NCBI GenBank assembly: GCA_045046875.1
Contig: JASFYY010000022.1
Coordinates: 1 to 64,000 of the forward strand
Direction of reading: 5' to 3'
Source of the DNA: Verrucomicrobiota bacterium
GTDB lineage: Bacteria > Verrucomicrobiota > Verrucomicrobiia > Verrucomicrobiales > DEV007
DNA length: 64,000 nt
In this document: one piece after another, positions 58,478 through 64,000 of the stretch
How the letters are laid out: the number at the start of each line of letters is the position of its first letter
Numbering within the stretch: position 1 is the stretch's first letter
Program-made: the position numbers and the translations under genes
The notes under the pieces: generated by a model
What the model was told of the DNA's origin: nothing
Seen by the model: the letters and a program-made list of their open reading frames with translations, nothing else
Databases searched by the model: none

Positions 58478-59431
58478 CTACTCAACCTTTTTAGCCTCCA
58501 CCTTCGAAGCCTGCTTCACTTTGACCGTTTTTTCCGTCTTCGTTCCAGCCAAAAATTTCCGCTCGACCAAAGTCGCCGCGACATAACCCACAAAGATGTC
58601 GGCGCGCAGTTCCAAAGGCAGGCGATACTCATCCTCACTCACCCACAATGTCGCAGTTTTCATTTTTTTGTATTTTTTCAAAGACAAATCCTTGTTGATC
58701 TTCTGTACCTTGACCCCCAACCTGATCGTATCTTTTTTCTCTCCCAAATAGTCCCGTTTCTCTCTACCCTGAACTTCAAAACTCACTAGGTAAGGCGTAT
58801 CAAAAGGTTGTACCACGCCAGTCAAAGTTTCTCCATTTTTTAACGGCAGGCTGCGTAAGCACAAAATGGAAGACAACAAATCAAATACGTGAGGGTATTT
58901 AAAAGTGCGTTTTTTAGTTTTCAACTTTCCCGTTTCTGCATCGGTTTCATAACTTAAAGTCACCACCCGGTCCTGTTTGAAATCCGTTCGATAAGACACC
59001 GTCTCCTTATTCTCCGTCTCAGAATGCTCGAACCACAGAGGACGCAGAGTCGCTCTGTCCACCTTGGATTTCAACTCACAGTCATATGCCCATAACAAGC
59101 GCACAGCCCCCGAACTGCGTGCGCTTGCCTCTCCCGTCAAAATCTCACTCGACGGCTTGCCTGAAGGATCTTCATCACGCATCACAATGGCCACCTCGCC
59201 GGCATTGATCAAATTATTCCAACTCAAACTATAACCCAAACGACAGGGTTTCAGCGCCGGCTCATTGCCAGCTTTCAACAAAGTGACCGTCTTCAACCAA
59301 GCTGGAGGCGTTTTGTCCTTTTTTTTACTCGTCGTTTCCTCTGCCAGACAGGCCTTCCCCCACGGGCAACAAACTACCGCCAGCATGATCCCCATCACGC
59401 CGCATCTCACCGATCCAATAGTCATCCACAT
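58478..59431 (-). CDS. DUF3108-like secreted protein
   Basis: YSLSW..I.AG, DLLS...LR, W.S.DEYRLPL......VG. Confidence 0.7.
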   Translation of the reverse strand: MWMTIGSVRCGVMGIMLAVVCCPWGKACLAEETTSKKKDKTPPAWLKTVTLLKAGNEPALKPCRLGYSLSWNNLINAGEVAIVMRDEDPSGKPSSEILTGEASARSSGAVRLLWAYDCELKSKVDRATLRPLWFEHSETENKETVSYRTDFKQDRVVTLSYETDAETGKLKTKKRTFKYPHVFDLLSSILCLRSLPLKNGETLTGVVQPFDTPYLVSFEVQGREKRDYLGEKKDTIRLGVKVQKINKDLSLKKYKKMKTATLWVSEDEYRLPLELRADIFVGYVAATLVERKFLAGTKTEKTVKVKQASKVEAKKVE

Positions 59432-59621
59432 GCTTGCAATCTAAGGGTAGCGGCAATTAATAGATACCCCAAAATGCGCAGAATTTTTGATTTCCATCAA
59501 GGCGAGATTTTCGATAATAGCAAGCTATTTGAGAAAATTTGAACGCAGATGGAGATCAAAAAGGCAAGTAATTTGGGGTGTTTTATTTTTGTCGCGGCCC
59601 TAACTCACTGATGACAAAAAA

Positions 59622-61049
59622 TCACCTAGCAGCTGGCACAATTTTAATCCTTACCTTTTGCCCGTCCTCGACGGATGGTTTCTCACTTTTTTTCAAAGTG
59701 ATCAAACCGCTCACCCGGGGTCGATCTCCTCCCAATCGCAGCGCCGCTGCCTTCACCTGGCTACTGTCAATTTCCAACCATTGCGGATCCGGTAGCCACA
59801 AAACGACATCCTCAGCCAGATGCAGCTCAAGCTCACATTGTCCGCCCACAATCAGACGAATCGTCTGCGCTTGATCCGGACGAGGCAATTCAAAAGTCAT
59901 CTTGCCCGACTCCGCTTCAAGTAAAAAAGACTCCACCCGCCGCCACGGCACCGTCACCTTCAGCTGCTGACCGATCTCAGAAAACCAACCACTCAGACGT
60001 TGTTTGTAGCGCAGCACGTACAACTCTCTGTCATCTTCCTCCCGCCAACTCTCAGTTATACCAGCAGTCGGAACTCCGTGTCCAAAAACCTTGCCCTTGA
60101 TCGAAAAAATATTCCCGGTAACAAAATGTACGTCCCCCGCATAAGTCGAAAAAGTCACTCTCAGATTTTTCTCTCCCTCCGAATCATAAAGCGCGACCCG
60201 ATCCCGGTCCGCTTCATAAGGCGTCGCCACCAAAACCGCCACCACCATTCCCAACATCACACACACACCACCCAACTTAACCCCCAAAGGAATACGCCGC
60301 GCCCCCTCCTTCTCCAAAAAGGGGTCAGGCAACAATTCTTGACTCAGCCCCATCAAGTAAAACAAACCCGCTGCGGCAAAATAAGTCATCGCCCCCGCCC
60401 ATAACACATCCGTGGCAAAATGTCCGCCCTGTAGCATCCGCATATAACCCACTACGCCCCCCAAAACCAAGCTCCCCAGAAGAAAGGTGAAGGCCCAGCC
60501 ACGCCGCCGCTTTCTCAAAATAAACCACCCGGCGACAAAATAAAAAGCCATACTCGCGTGGCCACAGGGAAACGATTTACCATCACTTTCGGGATTCGGA
60601 TCAAGCACCGATTCAAAAGCGTAGCGGCCACCAAAGTCCGTGATTTCCCTGGGCCGGGGGCGTCCCCAGTGTTCTTTAAAAACCAAATTCACCAGCAAAC
60701 CCGGAGCCACTGCCACCAACAAAATCAAATACAGCGAAACCTTTCGATAAGGCCCCCAACTCCTCAGCTTAAAACTGCCCACATATAGCGCCGCCGCCAA
60801 GATCACCACGATTAAGGCAGGGATCGAGGACGCTCGATACAAAAATTTCCAAAAGTCCGCGTCACCATAGAGCCAACTTTGTTGATCAAAATCATAAAGC
60901 GCCTTATGCCAAGCCAACTCGCGATCCCCCATGGCCATGAACAGGGTCAAAATCACCACCAGCCCAAATGGCAAAACAAAATCCCAAGCTAATGCCCGTG
61001 ACCAACAGCCGCACGCCTGCTGCTTTTTATTAGCAAGCTGCTCACTCAC
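59622..61049 (-). CDS. PAP2 family phosphatase (LpxE-like) with C-terminal extension
   Basis: KEHWGRPRP, SFPCGHA, RMLQGGHFATDV. Confidence 0.85.
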   Translation of the reverse strand: MSEQLANKKQQACGCWSRALAWDFVLPFGLVVILTLFMAMGDRELAWHKALYDFDQQSWLYGDADFWKFLYRASSIPALIVVILAAALYVGSFKLRSWGPYRKVSLYLILLVAVAPGLLVNLVFKEHWGRPRPREITDFGGRYAFESVLDPNPESDGKSFPCGHASMAFYFVAGWFILRKRRRGWAFTFLLGSLVLGGVVGYMRMLQGGHFATDVLWAGAMTYFAAAGLFYLMGLSQELLPDPFLEKEGARRIPLGVKLGGVCVMLGMVVAVLVATPYEADRDRVALYDSEGEKNLRVTFSTYAGDVHFVTGNIFSIKGKVFGHGVPTAGITESWREEDDRELYVLRYKQRLSGWFSEIGQQLKVTVPWRRVESFLLEAESGKMTFELPRPDQAQTIRLIVGGQCELELHLAEDVVLWLPDPQWLEIDSSQVKAAALRLGGDRPRVSGLITLKKSEKPSVEDGQKVRIKIVPAAR

Positions 61050-61800
61050 TCTCCTTTTCCCTTTTCGAATCGAGTCCCTCCATGTGGCAGTTCACTAGAG
61101 TAACATCGATATCCTTACCCGTGCAGGTTCCCACGATGGTCACCGGCTGCCCCACCGTCAATAAGGTCGTGCGGTCATTGCGGCTCACCAACCTACCCTG
61201 ACTGGCAACCACTTCCACATGGAAATTATTATCACGCTTAAAGCTGCACTTCACTCTGGAATCCGAACTGTCCGCTCGCAAAAAAATCACAATCTCCTTA
61301 GCTCCCGTTTCAAAACTCTGTATCGCTCCCTGCACCTTGAGATAACGTTGCTTGAAATTCTGCTTGGCAGATACACTGTCCTCCGCAAAAGCGGCCACCA
61401 ACTGCTCTGCCGTCACCTCCTGCACTTGCAAAGCCGATACCCCGGTTTTAATTTCCGAAAGCTGAGATTTTTTCACCTGAGCCTGTTCTTCCCGCAAAAC
61501 TTTCACTTCCTGGCGCAAAATTTCGACTTCCTTCTGCAGCTCTTCGACCGTTTTTACTGTCTTCAAATAAGCATCTTTCAACTCCTTTAACTGCTCTGGA
61601 AATTTGGCCACCGAATCCGGCACCTTGAGATCTTTCAGGCTATCCAAAAGCCCGCCCAACGAAGATCCTTTGTTTTTATCTCCATCCGCCGCCCTTGCTG
61701 CTGGTAGCGCAAGCAAACAAGCCAGCCCCAACACCGTGACCAGCGCCCACAGCGTTCCCACCCCAAATTCTCTCCTGTAACGAACCTGTCCAATTTTCAT
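61042..61800 (-). CDS. Secreted coiled-coil + OB-fold (tRNA_anti-like) protein
   Basis: VTAEQLVAAF..D...A...F....LKVQG.I; GQPVTIVGTC.G....L.NC. Confidence 0.6.
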   Translation of the reverse strand: MKIGQVRYRREFGVGTLWALVTVLGLACLLALPAARAADGDKNKGSSLGGLLDSLKDLKVPDSVAKFPEQLKELKDAYLKTVKTVEELQKEVEILRQEVKVLREEQAQVKKSQLSEIKTGVSALQVQEVTAEQLVAAFAEDSVSAKQNFKQRYLKVQGAIQSFETGAKEIVIFLRADSSDSRVKCSFKRDNNFHVEVVASQGRLVSRNDRTTLLTVGQPVTIVGTCTGKDIDVTLVNCHMEGLDSKREKESE

Positions 61801-61904
61801 CCTGCCAGAGTCTCCCACGCCCCGCGCCTTCGAGCAAATGACAATTCATCTTTCCTCCGCCAATGGATTCTTGTAATCCTAAAGCCTCGCGCTATGAATT
61901 AAGC

Positions 61905-64000
61905 GTGAACCTATCCATCAAACCCTACTTTCGCCGTTCCAGTGTCGATCTCTCACTACTCGCGGTCACACTGATCACCATCTCCGGCATCGCCGCCCCG
62001 GATCAAGCCGATCGCCTGGCGCGCAAACAAGCAACGGTTCCAACAGGCTACACTGAAATGCCTTTTGTCGAAACCGCTGCCAAACCCACCGCCAATGCAG
62101 AGGAAAAAAAACGCGGCTACAAGCTCTTCACCCGCCCGATCACCGAACCCGTTCACGCCAATACCCGCCCTCTACCCAGCGAACGCCTCACTGACAAACT
62201 AAGCGCATTTGCCACACCCGGAGAATGGGAGCCCGTTACTCTCAGCATATACCCGCTGCGGGAGCTTAAAAACTTCCGCCTACAGGTTTCCGAACTTGTT
62301 AGCCCGGATGGCAACAAAATCACATCCTCTCAAATCACCGTAAGATTGCAGACCTATTGGAATATAGGCTACCCGCGTTACGCATCCCGCGAAACCTACC
62401 GCCGGGTGCCCGAGCTGCTCGAAAAAGTCAGCTCCCACAATTCCCCCGCCTTCGAAAGCCAACGTTGGTGGCTTCAAGTCCACGTCCCCAACGACACCCC
62501 AGCCGGCATCTACAGCGGCAAATTAACACTTCAAGACGACAGCTCAGACCAAATAGTCACCATCCCTCTCGATTTCCGTGTGCTGGGGTTCACCCTGAAA
62601 AGTGATCCTCAAAAACACTATTCTGCTTATTACCGAACCCGCGATCGCCCGACCTACCAAGGCAAAGACGAAACTTTTTACCAAAAAGCCAGCGCCAATG
62701 AATTCCAGGCGATGCGCGACTACGGCATCGACCAATTCCCCACGCTCTATCTGGTCACTAACAAGGATGCCAGCAAAATCTTGATCCAAAATGAAGAAGA
62801 GATCCCTCGTTTGATCGCCAATGGAATGAAAGGCCGCATCCCTGTTCTAGGCGGCAATGCCATCGCCCAGATTTACCGGGCCACCACCCCCGATGGAAAA
62901 AGAGAGCCTCACTGGAAAATTGATAAAATGCCACCACCAGAATTTTACCAACGCTTAACTCAATTATTCAAGGATTTCGAAAAAGACCGCATCGCCCGAG
63001 GCCTACCTTCGATGATCTGTTGCCCACTCGATGAAGTGGCAGCTTCCCACAAGGAGTTCGGTATCAAAACGTATCAAGCGGTTCACGATGCAGGCATCCC
63101 CACCTACATTACCAAATTTCCCACCGCCCCCGACGCCCTCGACTACGCCCCCTATGTCGATGTCTGGTGCTCCCAACCCTACGCCATCCCCTACGAAAAA
63201 ATCATCACTCAAAAGCGTCACGAATACTGGAGCTACCCCAATCACAATGCCGGCGAGCGCAAAAACCGCCTGGTGATGTGCAAAGGCGGGCGCATGACCT
63301 ACGGCTTTGGCTTTTGGCGCAGTGGTTACACCACCCTCATTCCCTGGCACTGGTCGTGGACCATGACTCCAGACCCCTTTGATTATCTGCGCAGCAAACA
63401 GTCGGGCTGCGGCATGCGCATCGATGAAAATGCGGAAATCATTCCAGCGATTTACTGGGAGTGTTTTCGTGAAGGACGTGACGACGCACGTTACCTTTAC
63501 ACTTTGCAGCAGGCTGTATTCGAACGCCAAGGTTCAAGCGACCCCGCATGCCAACAGCAAGTCAACAAGGCCAAAACCTTATTACAGGAAAACTGGGACG
63601 CCATCCAAGTGCAGCAACGTTACCTGTCCGACGGCATGTGGCCTTCAGAAGAATTCACCGCCCGCCGCTGGCAACTGGCAACCGCCATCCAAAACCTCAT
63701 TGCCTACCCGGCCAGTAAAAAAGGCAACGCTCCTTCTGTTCTGATCAACAAACCACAGGCCAAAACCATCGCTGCCACCAAAAACATCCTCGATGAAGCG
63801 TTCAAAAAAGGCATCGTTACTTCTCGTGATATAGGCGAAGATTTCACCCTGTGGAAAAATGGAACCATCGAGGGCAAAACTGAAATATCAAAAGACGCCT
63901 CCCCCGACGACAAACCCGGCCTGCGCTGGAAGATCAAAGTTGACCACAACGAAGGTGGCGACGCCGCCTACCCGGTGGGATGGCCAAGAATTCGTCGCAT
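61905..64000 (+). CDS. Secreted GH123/DUF4091-like glycoside hydrolase, 3'-partial (absent from the ORF track because it has no stop in the window)
   Basis: GTG 61905; translated by eye: FATPGEWEPVTLSIYP, PLDE, WECFREGRDDARYLYTL. Confidence 0.6.
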   Translation, partial: MNLSIKPYFRRSSVDLSLLAVTLITISGIAAPDQADRLARKQATVPTGYTEMPFVETAAKPTANAEEKKRGYKLFTRPITEPVHANTRPLPSERLTDKLSAFATPGEWEPVTLSIYPLRELKNFRLQVSELVSPDGNKITSSQITVRLQTYWNIGYPRYASRETYRRVPELLEKVSSHNSPAFESQRWWLQVHVPNDTPAGIYSGKLTLQDDSSDQIVTIPLDFRVLGFTLKSDPQKHYSAYYRTRDRPTYQGKDETFYQKASANEFQAMRDYGIDQFPTLYLVTNKDASKILIQNEEEIPRLIANGMKGRIPVLGGNAIAQIYRATTPDGKREPHWKIDKMPPPEFYQRLTQLFKDFEKDRIARGLPSMICCPLDEVAASHKEFGIKTYQAVHDAGIPTYITKFPTAPDALDYAPYVDVWCSQPYAIPYEKIITQKRHEYWSYPNHNAGERKNRLVMCKGGRMTYGFGFWRSGYTTLIPWHWSWTMTPDPFDYLRSKQSGCGMRIDENAEIIPAIYWECFREGRDDARYLYTLQQAVFERQGSSDPACQQQVNKAKTLLQENWDAIQVQQRYLSDGMWPSEEFTARRWQLATAIQNLIAYPASKKGNAPSVLINKPQAKTIAATKNILDEAFKKGIVTSRDIGEDFTLWKNGTIEGKTEISKDASPDDKPGLRWKIKVDHNEGGDAAYPVGWPRIRR

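Noticed and set aside
1..64000. tRNA, rRNA, integrase, transposase or prophage genes
   Set aside because: None recognisable in the sequence or the ORF track

Overview
A 64-kb chromosomal segment, probably from a Verrucomicrobiota (PVC) bacterium. This is inferred from dapL, a PVC-type heme/HEAT dehydrogenase, a sulfatase, an ECF sigma-Ser/Thr kinase pair and an Opitutaceae-like Cas12b. Most of the window is ordinary: carbohydrate catabolism, infA, TrmH, sodA, dapL, alpha-2-macroglobulin/pbpC, prfB, recO and LptF/G. The accessory part (~15.5-28.6 kb) is a defence island. It holds an intact type V-B CRISPR-Cas locus (cas12b, cas4-cas1, cas2, a predicted compact tracrRNA, a leader, and 27 identical 36-nt repeats with 27 spacers), flanked by toxin-antitoxin modules and by remnants of a type I-C system (truncated cas3 HD on the left, a solo I-C repeat on the right). 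The most interesting signal is an unannotated ~90-nt element upstream of cas12b (18832-18920). It has its own sigma70-like promoter and reproduces the tracrRNA:repeat architecture in one molecule, with compensatory base changes, so it looks like a natural single-guide RNA. Its guide matches the cas12b promoter region at 11 of 12 nt, suggesting Cas12b autorepression. All calls come from reading the sequence and ORF track by eye; no searches or folding programs were run.
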